Assembly: GCA_037129095.1 (NCBI GenBank)
Contig: JBAXVL010000001.1
Span: forward strand, 53,437-117,436
Direction: 5' to 3'
Source of the DNA: Actinomycetota bacterium
Lineage (GTDB): Bacteria; Actinomycetota; Acidimicrobiia; Acidimicrobiales; Ilumatobacteraceae
DNA: 64,000 nucleotides
The notes under the pieces were generated by a model that was not told the origin of the DNA, searched no databases, and saw nothing but the letters and a program-made list of their open reading frames with translations. Each line of letters starts with the position of its first letter. Within the stretch, counting starts at the first letter, position 1. The position numbers were made by a program, and so were the translations under genes. Below are positions 46,524 to 56,011 of this stretch, in pieces.

Positions 46524-48326
46524 CTATTTGGACAACTCCAGGCCGGCAAAATCACCAGCAGCCCGCCACGCTTCAAGGAGTCGGACAAAAGCGACAGGGC
46601 CTTTGCCGTAGCTGCCGTTCTGGGCAGCGCGTTCGGCTGGCTTGCCTTCGTTGTTGTAGTAACCCGGTGTGCAGGCTTCAAGAAACTTCAAGTTCATCGT
46701 TGAATTTGATTTGATGTCCTGAACCCAGTCGTGTTCCGCCTGAGCGCTGGCTTCAATACGTGTAATGCCATCTTCAGTTGCATGCTTCACGATGTGCGCA
46801 ATATGAATTGCCTGCTCGTTCAACATGTGTGGGAAGTTCACAGAGAAACCAGATTGTGCAGTGGACACAATGAAGCAGTTGGGAAACCCGCGAGAGAAGA
46901 AACCATGGAATGTTTCAACCCCGTTAGCCCACTTGTTGGTGAGCGTGAGATTGTCTGAACCGGTGGTTTGATAACCAGAACGGCGAGCATAATCAGTTCC
47001 GACTTCGAAACCAGTTGCATATATAAGGCAATCAAGTTCGTATTCAATACCGTTAGCCACAACACCATTGGACGTGATGCGTTCAACACCCAACCCACCG
47101 GTATCAACCAGTGTCACGTTTGGTCGGTTGAAGGTTGGCAAGTAATCATCATGAAAACAAGGACGCTTACAGAATTGGCGATACCACGGCTTCAACGCCT
47201 CAGCCGTTTTCGGATCAGCAACAATTTCGTCAACACGATTACGTACTTGATTCATTTTTTCAAAGTCAGCATTTTCAACAATGGTGCCAATTTGTTCTGG
47301 GCTTGTGCCAAGGCCGCCTTCTTTGCGCGCACGCAACATGAGGTTGCCCACAATTTCAGTCCAACCGTCGTGCACTAGATCTTCAGTATCAAATACTCCT
47401 GATGTGAGATTCGTAAAGTTTTCATTACGACGACGCTGCCAACCTGGCTCTAACGAGTTTGCCCAGTCCGGATCTGTTGGCGTGTCATTACGCACGTCAA
47501 TAGAAGATGGGGTGCGTTGAAATACAAACAATTGTTTTGCGCCTGCACCAAGATGTGGTACTGCTTGCACTGCAGTTGCGCCAGTACCAATGATGCCCAC
47601 CACTTTGTCTTTCAGACCAGTGAGGTTTCCTTTACTGGTTCCGCCTGTGTATGCGTAATCCCAACGACTGGTATGAAACGAATGACCTGCGAATGTACCG
47701 ACGCCTTCAATGCCTGGCAATTTAGGGCGATGCAACGGACCATTAGCCATACTGATGAAACGTGCGCGTACTTCGTCACCACGGTTTGTGCGAATGATCC
47801 AGCGACGAGATGATTCATCCCAACGCACATCAGTGACTTCTGTTTGCAACATCGCACGCGGATACATATTGAAGTGTTCAGCTATGCGATGACAGTGCGC
47901 CAAAATTTCTGGTGCGGGTGTGTATTTCGATGCAGGAATGAAACCTGTCTCTTCTAACAACGGCAAATAAATGTATGACTCAACGTCGCATGCCGCACCG
48001 GGGTACCTGTTCCAGTACCACGTGCCACCAAAGTCGCCGCCCTTTTCAATCACTGTGAAATCGTGAACACCCGCTTCATGCAGTCGCGCTGCTACCAACA
48101 TGCCACCAAAACCACCACCGACGATGGCAACTTGAACTTCTTTAACAATCGGTGCACGCTCTTCAAACGTGATGTACGGATCTTCAAGATAGTGAGCGAA
48201 CTCGCCCGTTATTTCTGTGTACTGCTCATTAGCTTCAGCCCGCACACGCTTGTCACGTTCATCGCGATAGCGCTGGCGTAGTTCGTCAGGGTCAAACCCT
48301 AGGTCGTCAGTTGATGTCTGGCTCAT
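46524..48326 (-). CDS. Baeyer-Villiger (type I flavin/NADPH) monooxygenase
   Basis: The FAD motif VAIVGGGFGG, the BVMO fingerprint FAGHSFHTSRWD (FxGxxxHxxxW[P/D]), and the NADP motif VGIIGTGATAVQ. Confidence 0.9.
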   Translation of the reverse strand: MSQTSTDDLGFDPDELRQRYRDERDKRVRAEANEQYTEITGEFAHYLEDPYITFEERAPIVKEVQVAIVGGGFGGMLVAARLHEAGVHDFTVIEKGGDFGGTWYWNRYPGAACDVESYIYLPLLEETGFIPASKYTPAPEILAHCHRIAEHFNMYPRAMLQTEVTDVRWDESSRRWIIRTNRGDEVRARFISMANGPLHRPKLPGIEGVGTFAGHSFHTSRWDYAYTGGTSKGNLTGLKDKVVGIIGTGATAVQAVPHLGAGAKQLFVFQRTPSSIDVRNDTPTDPDWANSLEPGWQRRRNENFTNLTSGVFDTEDLVHDGWTEIVGNLMLRARKEGGLGTSPEQIGTIVENADFEKMNQVRNRVDEIVADPKTAEALKPWYRQFCKRPCFHDDYLPTFNRPNVTLVDTGGLGVERITSNGVVANGIEYELDCLIYATGFEVGTDYARRSGYQTTGSDNLTLTNKWANGVETFHGFFSRGFPNCFIVSTAQSGFSVNFPHMLNEQAIHIAHIVKHATEDGITRIEASAQAEHDWVQDIKSNSTMNLKFLEACTPGYYNNEGKPAERAAQNGSYGKGPVAFVRLLEAWRAAGDFAGLELSK

Positions 48327-48370
48327 GGACCAAGACTATGTCTCTGTCCGTATCGATACGGAACCGAAGG

Positions 48371-49558
48371 CTATTTGTCAGCAGTGACGCGAGCGCGAGG
48401 GAATACACGCAAAAAGTTGCCAGAGTTGAACTTGTCAACCGATTCTTGTGGCACCTGGGTCATGCACGATTCGAAGCGTGCAATGGGGTCACGTCCACCC
48501 TCTGTATGTGGGTAATCGCTAGAGAACAAGTAGAGGTCATCGTTCGATTGGTCGATGAGACGTGCAACATCTTCAAACACGAACGGTGTGAAACCAAACT
48601 GTTGACGAATCTGCTCGGACGGCGTGCGCTTGAAACCACGAAGACGCTCGTCAACGCGTGAATACGCCTTGTGGACATGGTCAAGACGAACAAGCATTTC
48701 AGGAACCCAACCAGCGCCAAGTTCAACTGATGCGAACTTCAGTTCCGGGAAATCTTCAAGAACACCATCAAGAACCATCATTGAAATAAATGTTTCAATG
48801 CCCTGGTGCAACACAGCAGCATCACGAGCACGAACATTTTCTCCGCCACCCATCCAGTCTTTGGTAACACCGCGACCGGTGTTGCTCCACTCTGGCTTTA
48901 GCTGCAGTGGGTTTCCACCAACGTGGAATACGACAGGCACTTGTGCTTCTTGCAATAACGACCAAATTGGATTGAAGTCAACGTGGGTTGGCGAACGCTC
49001 GCCTGCCAAACGATGCGGAACCCACATGGCCTGAAGACCATTGTCGATGCTCCATTGCACCTCTTCTAATGCAAGCGCAGGATTCTCAAGTGGAATTGCC
49101 GCAACACCCATGAGGCGATCATCTATTGAACAGAAGTCAGACATGTGACGGTTATGCGCACGCGCGCCGCCATAACGAACCTTGTCAGGAATTTTGCTAC
49201 TTGGTGAAAACGGCATATGCAAACTGTGCGTTGGGAATACCAACTGCTTCTTGAAGCCCAACATGTCGTTAGCGATTACACGATCGTGCTTATCGAATGC
49301 ACCAAGGGCTTGAATTTCTTTAACCTCTTGAATCATGCGATCACCAAGAGCAATCAGAGACTCTTTGTGTTCGTCAGAATGTTGCGAACCATTACCGACG
49401 ATTATTGCAACTTCTTCATCGGTGACGAGTGAACGGCCGTAATCAACTTCGGGAAGAAGGTCGCGCACGTCTGGGTCAGCAAACTTCTTCAGGAAGTCTG
49501 GAAGTTCCATAATGTGTGTATCTGCGTCGTAGAGAACGCGATCGCCTGCGTATGTCAT
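48371..49558 (-). CDS. amidohydrolase-2 (metal-dependent TIM-barrel hydrolase/decarboxylase) family protein
   Basis: LYDADTHIMELPDF at the N-terminus, VFHVGG in the middle, and the late FSSDYPHTEG motif. Confidence 0.8.
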   Translation of the reverse strand: MTYAGDRVLYDADTHIMELPDFLKKFADPDVRDLLPEVDYGRSLVTDEEVAIIVGNGSQHSDEHKESLIALGDRMIQEVKEIQALGAFDKHDRVIANDMLGFKKQLVFPTHSLHMPFSPSSKIPDKVRYGGARAHNRHMSDFCSIDDRLMGVAAIPLENPALALEEVQWSIDNGLQAMWVPHRLAGERSPTHVDFNPIWSLLQEAQVPVVFHVGGNPLQLKPEWSNTGRGVTKDWMGGGENVRARDAAVLHQGIETFISMMVLDGVLEDFPELKFASVELGAGWVPEMLVRLDHVHKAYSRVDERLRGFKRTPSEQIRQQFGFTPFVFEDVARLIDQSNDDLYLFSSDYPHTEGGRDPIARFESCMTQVPQESVDKFNSGNFLRVFPRARVTADK

Positions 49559-49628
49559 ATGGGTCCCCTATCCCTCGAACTCTGGTAAACGGTACCACCA
49601 GTACAGGCGGTAACAAAGAGGTGAACAG

Positions 49629-50432
49629 TTGGGTCAGGGCTATGCCCAATTGGGCGCCACTCAATACGATGAATGTGTGCACATCACGACCTCCCAGATC
49701 GATTCATATCGACTCAATGGCTGGCTTTTGTGTCGTCCATTTGTGGGCGGGGAAATTCGCGATATCCAGCATTGGGTGAATGAAATTCAACAATGGCCCG
49801 AAAATGGCGATTGGTTGCACTACCGCGAAATGACTGACAGTGGGCCAAAGCTATGTCGCACCGAAAACTTTGTGCCATTCCATACGCCTTTGCGCGAAAT
49901 TTTAACTACTGGTGCAATCGTAGAAATTGTTTCTGCTCTCATGGGTGAACAAGCAGTTCTCTACAAAGAAAAAATTAACTACAAGTTGGTGGGCGGCGCA
50001 GGATTTCTTCCTCATCAAGATGCACCGGCGTATCCGTTTATTGAAACGTCAATCTCATGCATGATTGCCGTTGACCCAAGCACAACGTCAAACGGTTGTT
50101 TAGAAGTTGTTGACGGACATCATCATGAATTATTGCCGATGAATGAACGTGGCTGCATCGAGAATGAGTGGGTAGAGACACATGAATGGCATCCCGTAGA
50201 GATGGAAGCTGGCGATGTTCTGTTCTTTCACTCGCATACGCCACACCGCAGCGGCACCAATAATTCACAACGTGACCGCCGTGCCATCTACCCCACCTTT
50301 AATGCCGCGAGCGAAGGTGATCTTCGAGGCGACTACTACGAAGAAAAGCTTCGAATTTTCCGCGACACAGAACACCAAGCCGACAATGTCCGTATTTCAC
50401 TTATCAACGATTTCGAAGGAAGACCCGTATGA
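49629..50432 (+). CDS. PhyH-family Fe(II)/2-oxoglutarate dioxygenase, PhnY*/TmpA-like
   Basis: PhyH layout with LPHQDAPAY (HxD) and FFHSHTPHRSGTN (distal His). Its stop overlaps the next gene start (ATGA at 50429-50432). The start is uncertain: TTG at 49629 or in-frame GTG at 49677. Confidence 0.75.
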   Translation: MGQGYAQLGATQYDECVHITTSQIDSYRLNGWLLCRPFVGGEIRDIQHWVNEIQQWPENGDWLHYREMTDSGPKLCRTENFVPFHTPLREILTTGAIVEIVSALMGEQAVLYKEKINYKLVGGAGFLPHQDAPAYPFIETSISCMIAVDPSTTSNGCLEVVDGHHHELLPMNERGCIENEWVETHEWHPVEMEAGDVLFFHSHTPHRSGTNNSQRDRRAIYPTFNAASEGDLRGDYYEEKLRIFRDTEHQADNVRISLINDFEGRPV

Positions 50433-50986
50433 ACAAATTTACATCACTTATTGAAATTGAATCTCTCTTTGAAAAATGGGGCCAACAGTTTTATAGCGAA
50501 AATATTTCGCAAACAGCTCATGCAGTGCAGTGCGCGCAGTTAGCAGAAGAGGCTGATGCATCAAGCGCACTTGTGCTTGCTGCGTTACTTCACGACGTCG
50601 GCCACCTCGTTGATCTTGAAGATTCCTCTGGCAGAGAAGAACACACAATCGACACAGTGCATGAGGCAACTGCCGTTCGAGTGTTGGCTCCGTTATTTCC
50701 ACCCGCAGTTACTGCCCCCATTGCACTTCACGTTGATGGCAAAAGATGGTTGTGCGCACGCGAAGATGGCTACTTTGAAACATTGAGCCCGGCATCAGTT
50801 GCCAGCCTTGCACTGCAAGGTGGCCCGATGTCAGATCAAGAAGCAGATCGATTTATGGCAATGCCACAATTCGAAGACGCTATTGCGCTTCGCCGCTGGG
50901 ATGACATTGGCAAAGACATTTCCAAAGATCAATTACCTTTTGACGAGTTCCGTCGCATACTTCGCTTTCATTTCGAACAACTATAG
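50429..50986 (+). CDS. HD-domain oxygenase, PhnZ/TmpB-like (phosphonate degradation type)
   Basis: YSENISQTAHAVQCAQLAEEADASSALVLAALLHDVGHL ... IALHVDGKRWLCAREDGYFETLSPASVASLALQGGPMSDQEADRFMAMPQFEDAIALRRWDDIGK. This matches my memory of the Phn-HD family consensus (LHV.AKRYLC, LS..S..SL.LQGGPM, LRRWDD.AK). Confidence 0.8.
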   Translation: MNKFTSLIEIESLFEKWGQQFYSENISQTAHAVQCAQLAEEADASSALVLAALLHDVGHLVDLEDSSGREEHTIDTVHEATAVRVLAPLFPPAVTAPIALHVDGKRWLCAREDGYFETLSPASVASLALQGGPMSDQEADRFMAMPQFEDAIALRRWDDIGKDISKDQLPFDEFRRILRFHFEQL

Positions 50987-50998
50987 AAACGAATCACC

Positions 50999-51841
50999 AT
51001 GAGAATTCTTGTAACAAACGATGATGGCATCGACTCCGTTGGCCTGCATGTCTTAGCGCGCGCAATGCGCCCATACGGTGAAGTTGTTATTGCTGCCCCA
51101 GACCAGGAATATTCCGGTGCCGGTGCAGCAATCGGTGCGCTGCACATCATCCAGCCCGAAGTTCAGAAACGCACAGTTGAGGGCATCGATACTTCATGGG
51201 CAATTACTGGGCCACCTGCTTTGTGTGTGTTCTTTGCGCGCCTCGGTGTCTACGGTGGTCCGTTTGATTTGGTCGTGTCTGGTATCAACCCGGGCGCAAA
51301 TGTGGGGCGTGCTGTGTATCACTCAGGCACAGTTGGTGCAGCGGTTACTGCACGTAATGGTGGCGTCAGTGGAATCGCAATTAGTCAAGCCGTCACCGGT
51401 TTCGGCGCAGAAGGTCAAGGTTGGGATGATGCACTGAAAGGCCAACAGTGGGACTCAGCAGCAACAGTTGCGCAACGAGTAGTTGAGGGCTGGCTTTCTG
51501 ATCGTCCAAAAGAGGCAGTCGTTATCAACGTGAATGTTCCGAACTGTGCAGTGTCGGAGATGAAGGGTTGGCGCCGTACTGATGTTGGACACATTGTCCC
51601 CGTCTCTATGGCAACTGCAGATCTTGAGGCCAAAGAAGGGCACGAAGGTGCTTTCTATGTGCGCATGAATTACGGAGCACAAGCACAAATGCCGCCAGAG
51701 ACTGACGGCGGTGCTGTTGAAAATGGCGAAGTGGCAATTACGTATCTCGGTCGTTTCAATGATGTGCCCGAACAGGGTTCAGACGCAATGGACAGTGCGC
51801 TCACTGACCTCGTCGGCGTTGCGAGCACACTGCACTCGTAG
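50999..51841 (+). CDS. surE: 5'/3'-nucleotidase SurE
   Basis: MRILVTNDDGIDSVGL ... SGINPGANVG ... YSGTVGAA. Confidence 0.93.
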   Translation: MRILVTNDDGIDSVGLHVLARAMRPYGEVVIAAPDQEYSGAGAAIGALHIIQPEVQKRTVEGIDTSWAITGPPALCVFFARLGVYGGPFDLVVSGINPGANVGRAVYHSGTVGAAVTARNGGVSGIAISQAVTGFGAEGQGWDDALKGQQWDSAATVAQRVVEGWLSDRPKEAVVINVNVPNCAVSEMKGWRRTDVGHIVPVSMATADLEAKEGHEGAFYVRMNYGAQAQMPPETDGGAVENGEVAITYLGRFNDVPEQGSDAMDSALTDLVGVASTLHS

Positions 51842-51873
51842 ACGATTCCGTTTCTCACCACTACGGTGGACAA

Positions 51874-52743
51874 ATGGCTGATTGGCAAGAACTCACTCGT
51901 CGCGCATCATTTGCGTCGCACCAACTATTGGGCTGGATCTTCTGGGATTCACGTGCAAAAGATAACCTCGCTGCTCTTGGTGTGCCTGATGGTCTTGGTC
52001 ACTACATCGTTAATCGTGGTGCCCCACTAGCACCAGCTGGGGCAGAAGCGTTATTCGCAGCGTTCTACACAATCAAACGTGAGTTTGTTCATTTCGTATT
52101 GAACAACGCAGCGACATACATAACCAACTGGCATGAGGTCACAGTTGCGCGCGATGCAGCGGTGCGAGCTGGTCTCGAAGAAATGACACCACAAATCATT
52201 GCGCCGTTCGGTGCGCTTGCAGATGACTTATGGAACACAGTCGACGCAATACCTGCAAGTGGTCGCGTGTTATTTGCTGCACATAAATCATGGCCCCGCC
52301 CAGCAGACCCATTGATGTCTGCGTGGAACGCATTGAATTGCATCCGCGAATGGCGCGGTGACACACATTTTGGAATTTTGTTGAACGACAACATCGGAGT
52401 CGTGGAAGCAGGTCTTCTGCACGATGCATGGATGGGTTACCCGAAAGAATGGATCCCTCGCAGTCGAGGCGCAGACGATGCCGAGATTCAAGCAGCACTC
52501 GAGAACTTATCATCACGCGGCTTTGTCACCGACGGTGTCGTGAACGAAGCTGGTGTCGAGTATCGGGTTGATCTTGAACGCCGCACTGATGTGTTGTGTG
52601 AAATTCCGTGGCGACATTTTGGTGAAAAGAACACTCTCGAGTTGCTTTCCATTCTCGAACCTGTTGGCGAACGATACGTGCAACACATCAACGAGATTGC
52701 CGGCGAGAACTGGATGCCTGCAGCTCGACCTCGCCGCCGCTAA
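51874..52743 (+). CDS. paralogue of the 8481..9374 protein (RE-W-RGD-T-H motif family)
   Basis: It shares the landmarks IREWRGDTHFGIL, PRSRGA and a C-terminal GFVTDGVVNEAG winged-helix-like segment with the 8481 protein. Confidence 0.6.
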   Translation: MADWQELTRRASFASHQLLGWIFWDSRAKDNLAALGVPDGLGHYIVNRGAPLAPAGAEALFAAFYTIKREFVHFVLNNAATYITNWHEVTVARDAAVRAGLEEMTPQIIAPFGALADDLWNTVDAIPASGRVLFAAHKSWPRPADPLMSAWNALNCIREWRGDTHFGILLNDNIGVVEAGLLHDAWMGYPKEWIPRSRGADDAEIQAALENLSSRGFVTDGVVNEAGVEYRVDLERRTDVLCEIPWRHFGEKNTLELLSILEPVGERYVQHINEIAGENWMPAARPRRR

Positions 52744-53447
52744 ACCGAATGCGGTAAGCCGATTCGCACAGAAACTCCTGGCGAATACAAAACGTGTGCA
52801 TTCCCTGTAGGCACAGGTAGGCCAGCAGCTACGACCAACGTGTCTTCAAGATGTTCAAGCGTCGCACTATGAAGAATCCAGGTCTCATGATCAACGGGTG
52901 CATACCGCAGACCTTTGCCAAAGCCTTTTGAATACAAACCCCATCGTGCTGATAAGAACACCGACAATTCATCAGGCTGTTCAATACGTTCACCAATAGC
53001 AATACGAATTGATGTTGAAGCAACATGTGGCCAACGACGCTTCACCGTTGTGGTGAGTGATGTAGCAGTCACCACATGAGAGGCACTACCCCAGCAGTAC
53101 GGCAGCAAGTACGAAGCGCGAGCCGCGAGCGCCGGAAGTAAGCGATTCACGTCGAGTGAGAAAAACCACACACCGGGAATTCCATTTTTCTTTACATACG
53201 TACGCACATTCACTTCGGGAAATGACCCAAGGTACGGAATGGCTGGTGTTCCAGGAAAAGAGATGTTACGCATTGAGAAAGGAATAAGGCCCACCCATGC
53301 AGACCCATCGAACGTGTCAACTTCTAGTCCTTCCGGTAGTAAGGCTTGCACAACAGAAGCGTCGTACCGCCAATGAATGTAGGCAAGCTCTTGCCACTGT
53401 TGCTTCATAATTGGTCGCCGAACTGGCGCTGGGCAGAAATCTTGCAC
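52740..53447 (-). CDS. DUF2071 (YqjF-like) family protein
   Basis: WQELAYIHWRYDASVVQALLPEGLEVDTFDGSAWVGLIPFSMRNI and VNVRTYV are typical of DUF2071. Confidence 0.75.
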   Translation of the reverse strand: MQDFCPAPVRRPIMKQQWQELAYIHWRYDASVVQALLPEGLEVDTFDGSAWVGLIPFSMRNISFPGTPAIPYLGSFPEVNVRTYVKKNGIPGVWFFSLDVNRLLPALAARASYLLPYCWGSASHVVTATSLTTTVKRRWPHVASTSIRIAIGERIEQPDELSVFLSARWGLYSKGFGKGLRYAPVDHETWILHSATLEHLEDTLVVAAGLPVPTGNAHVLYSPGVSVRIGLPHSV

Positions 53448-53513
53448 GTCTCTACCCTACGAATCATTTACAGATTCGGGAATGGGGCATCAGTCACCTA
53501 GGTTGATATTCCT

Positions 53514-53945
53514 ATGGCTCACTTCGTCACCACCGTTCCCTCGTCCAAGTCTCCTGAAGAGACGTTTGCCTACATGTCAGACATTCGCAATTTCGCTCAG
53601 TGGGATAAAGGGATCATCAAAATTGACCAGATTGTCGGAGACGGCGCTGGACTCGGCAATGTCTTTGACATCACAGTGAAAGGCGTCGGCGGGCAAAATT
53701 CCGTTTTGCGCTACACCACACTTGAGTGCGATTCCCCCACCAATGTGTTGGTGAAAGGCAGGAACTGGATGTTCACCTCAGTTGATCGAGTCACCATTAC
53801 GCCCACAGCAACCGGATGCGATGTCACCTACGACGCTGTACTGACTGCGAATCTCATCGTGTGGCCAATGAACATCGTGCTGGGCAAGGTCTTTGACAAA
53901 GTGGGTGCGGTTGCAACGCGAGGCCTAAAGAAAGTTCTTGCCTAG
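53514..53945 (+). CDS. SRPBCC (polyketide cyclase/START-like) family protein
   Basis: 143 aa. PEETFAYMSDIRNFAQWD is typical of the SRPBCC N-terminal helix-strand region. Confidence 0.65.
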   Translation: MAHFVTTVPSSKSPEETFAYMSDIRNFAQWDKGIIKIDQIVGDGAGLGNVFDITVKGVGGQNSVLRYTTLECDSPTNVLVKGRNWMFTSVDRVTITPTATGCDVTYDAVLTANLIVWPMNIVLGKVFDKVGAVATRGLKKVLA

Positions 53946-54124
53946 GGGCAACCCAAGTCATTCAGGTTGGCGCACTCTCTGCACAACCACGCAGTGCCTT
54001 CTGGCGTACTCCATGCCGTAGCAAGTGGAGAACCACACGACATGCAATCGTGTGTTGCTTTTGTTACTGGTTTTACTTCGAAATGTGAAGCCTGATCAGA
54101 CATACGTAACGAGAATAGCCGCAC
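53942..54124 (-). CDS. possible small zinc-ribbon protein
   Basis: 60 aa with C-x2-C ... C-x2-C (CMSCGSPL ... LCRECAN). It overlaps the convergent SRPBCC stop by 4 nt. Weak support. Confidence 0.3.
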   Translation of the reverse strand: MRLFSLRMSDQASHFEVKPVTKATHDCMSCGSPLATAWSTPEGTAWLCRECANLNDLGCP

Positions 54125-54178
54125 TTTTACCTTCTCTCACTTTCTATAGATTCACACAAACATGACTACACTTTTTCC

Positions 54179-55021
54179 ATGACATTGCGATTCGCTTCTA
54201 AGAACGGCCGGGCTCAATTAGTAGTCGGGCCCAACAACAACCTCGTCGACCTGGCAGAAGTCAGTGGTGGAAAGTTCGATGCAGACCCAATCAAAGCTTT
54301 TCCGCGATGGGCTGAACTACGTGCATTTGCTGCAACCGTGACAGAAGGTGGAACACCGGCCAACCCCGATGAGCTTGATGCACCATCTCCATGGCCACTT
54401 CAAGTGTTTGCAATCGGGTTGAACTATCGCTCGCATGCTGAAGAAAGTGGAATGGGGCTTCCTGCTGTTCCTCTCACATTTACAAAATTCACGTCGTGTA
54501 TCGCTGGACCGAATGCTGACATTCCTATTGATGCTCCGATGGTCGACTGGGAAGTTGAACTGGTAGTTGTCATCAGCAGCGGTGGTCGCAATATTGCGAA
54601 GGCAGATGCTTGGAATCACATTGCAGGAATAAGCGTTGGCCAAGACATCTCAGATCGTGCATTGCAATTTGCTGCTCAGCCTCCACACTTTGACCTCGGT
54701 AAGAGCAAAAAGAACTTTGGGCCCTTTGGTCCATGGCTTGTCGATGCAGCTGATGTGCCGAATCGTGATGCGATGCATATGACTTGCACTCTCAATGGCG
54801 AGGAAGTGCAGAACACTTTGACCGATGACCTTGTATTCAATGTGGGTGACATCATTGAATACGTATCGGGCATTGTTGAACTTCTTCCAGGTGATGTCAT
54901 CTTTACTGGCACACCCGGAGGCGTTGGCGTTTCTCGCAAGCCTGCAGTGTTCTTGAAGCCTGGCGATGTTCTAGTTTCGACCATTGATGGAATTGGCACC
55001 ACCACTAACCGTTGTATTTAG
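54179..55021 (+). CDS. fumarylacetoacetate hydrolase (FAH) family protein
   Basis: VFAIGLNYRSHAEE, DWEVELVVVI, GQDISDR and GDVIFTGTPGGVG motifs. Confidence 0.88.
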   Translation: MTLRFASKNGRAQLVVGPNNNLVDLAEVSGGKFDADPIKAFPRWAELRAFAATVTEGGTPANPDELDAPSPWPLQVFAIGLNYRSHAEESGMGLPAVPLTFTKFTSCIAGPNADIPIDAPMVDWEVELVVVISSGGRNIAKADAWNHIAGISVGQDISDRALQFAAQPPHFDLGKSKKNFGPFGPWLVDAADVPNRDAMHMTCTLNGEEVQNTLTDDLVFNVGDIIEYVSGIVELLPGDVIFTGTPGGVGVSRKPAVFLKPGDVLVSTIDGIGTTTNRCI

Positions 55022-55033
55022 GTTCTCGCCGAA

Positions 55034-56008
55034 CTATTCAGATATGTACGGCGCGATTGCTTGATTGCACCAGTTCCACAAATTAGTTCGAGCCTCAGCG
55101 GTATCGCTGCGTCGTGTCGTTGGAAGTTTATGAATACTGCGCACTTCACGATCGGACCAGAACGAACCACTGGCACCCGGAATTGGTTGAACCGCTGCCA
55201 GCCACGCGATGGTGTCAGCCCCCTGTTTCGGTGAACGCAAAATTGGTTTCGTAATTCGGCGGAAGGCTGGAATTGATTCCTGCACTCCGGGCGTATCCGC
55301 CCAGCCAGGATGCATCGAATCAAAATGAACAGCACGTTCTTTAGTTGCCCATATTTCATTGAGGGTGACCTGTGCACGTTTTGCAATTGCATACTGCTTC
55401 GAACCGTTGTAACTGTCAACACGCATTTCTAAAGTGCGTTTCCCATCGATGTTCGGCAGTTCAGCTGAATACATACCGCCAGATGAAACCGTGACCACGC
55501 GACCTTGCGTTGCAATCAGGTTCGGAAGTAGCACCGTTGTTAAAAGATGTGGGCCTAGAACATGAGATGCAACCGTTTGTTCTATACCTTGAGGCGATAC
55601 TTCGCGTGAATTGAGAAGCGCACCAGCATTATGAATAACTGTAAAGACTTGTGGGAACCGAACTGCAATCTCCCTGGCTGCTTTGCTTACGGATACCAAG
55701 TCACCCATCTCTGCAACAACACACACTGGCTCTGGCCCCTTGCAGATATTACGGACAGACGAAATAACGTCCACGCACTTTTCTTTGTTTCGCGCGACAA
55801 GAACCAACTGTGCACCTGTCGGAGCAAGAATACGTACACATTCTTTCCCGAGACCTGATGTTGGCCCAGTGATCACCACTACTTTGCCAGTTAAGTCATA
55901 GCCAGAAACTTGATCCCAGTGATTAATGCGTGACCGCGCAACAAAACCTATGCGAGAAAATCCCGGAACAATTGCGGTGTCCATTAACGAACTAAAAAAA
56001 TCACTCAT
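55034..56008 (-). CDS. SDR family oxidoreductase
   Basis: The cofactor motif VVVITGPTSGLGKE, NAG (HNAGAL), and catalytic Y-x3-K (YNGSKQYAIAK). Confidence 0.85.
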   Translation of the reverse strand: MSDFFSSLMDTAIVPGFSRIGFVARSRINHWDQVSGYDLTGKVVVITGPTSGLGKECVRILAPTGAQLVLVARNKEKCVDVISSVRNICKGPEPVCVVAEMGDLVSVSKAAREIAVRFPQVFTVIHNAGALLNSREVSPQGIEQTVASHVLGPHLLTTVLLPNLIATQGRVVTVSSGGMYSAELPNIDGKRTLEMRVDSYNGSKQYAIAKRAQVTLNEIWATKERAVHFDSMHPGWADTPGVQESIPAFRRITKPILRSPKQGADTIAWLAAVQPIPGASGSFWSDREVRSIHKLPTTRRSDTAEARTNLWNWCNQAIAPYISE

Positions 56009-56011
56009 TAT

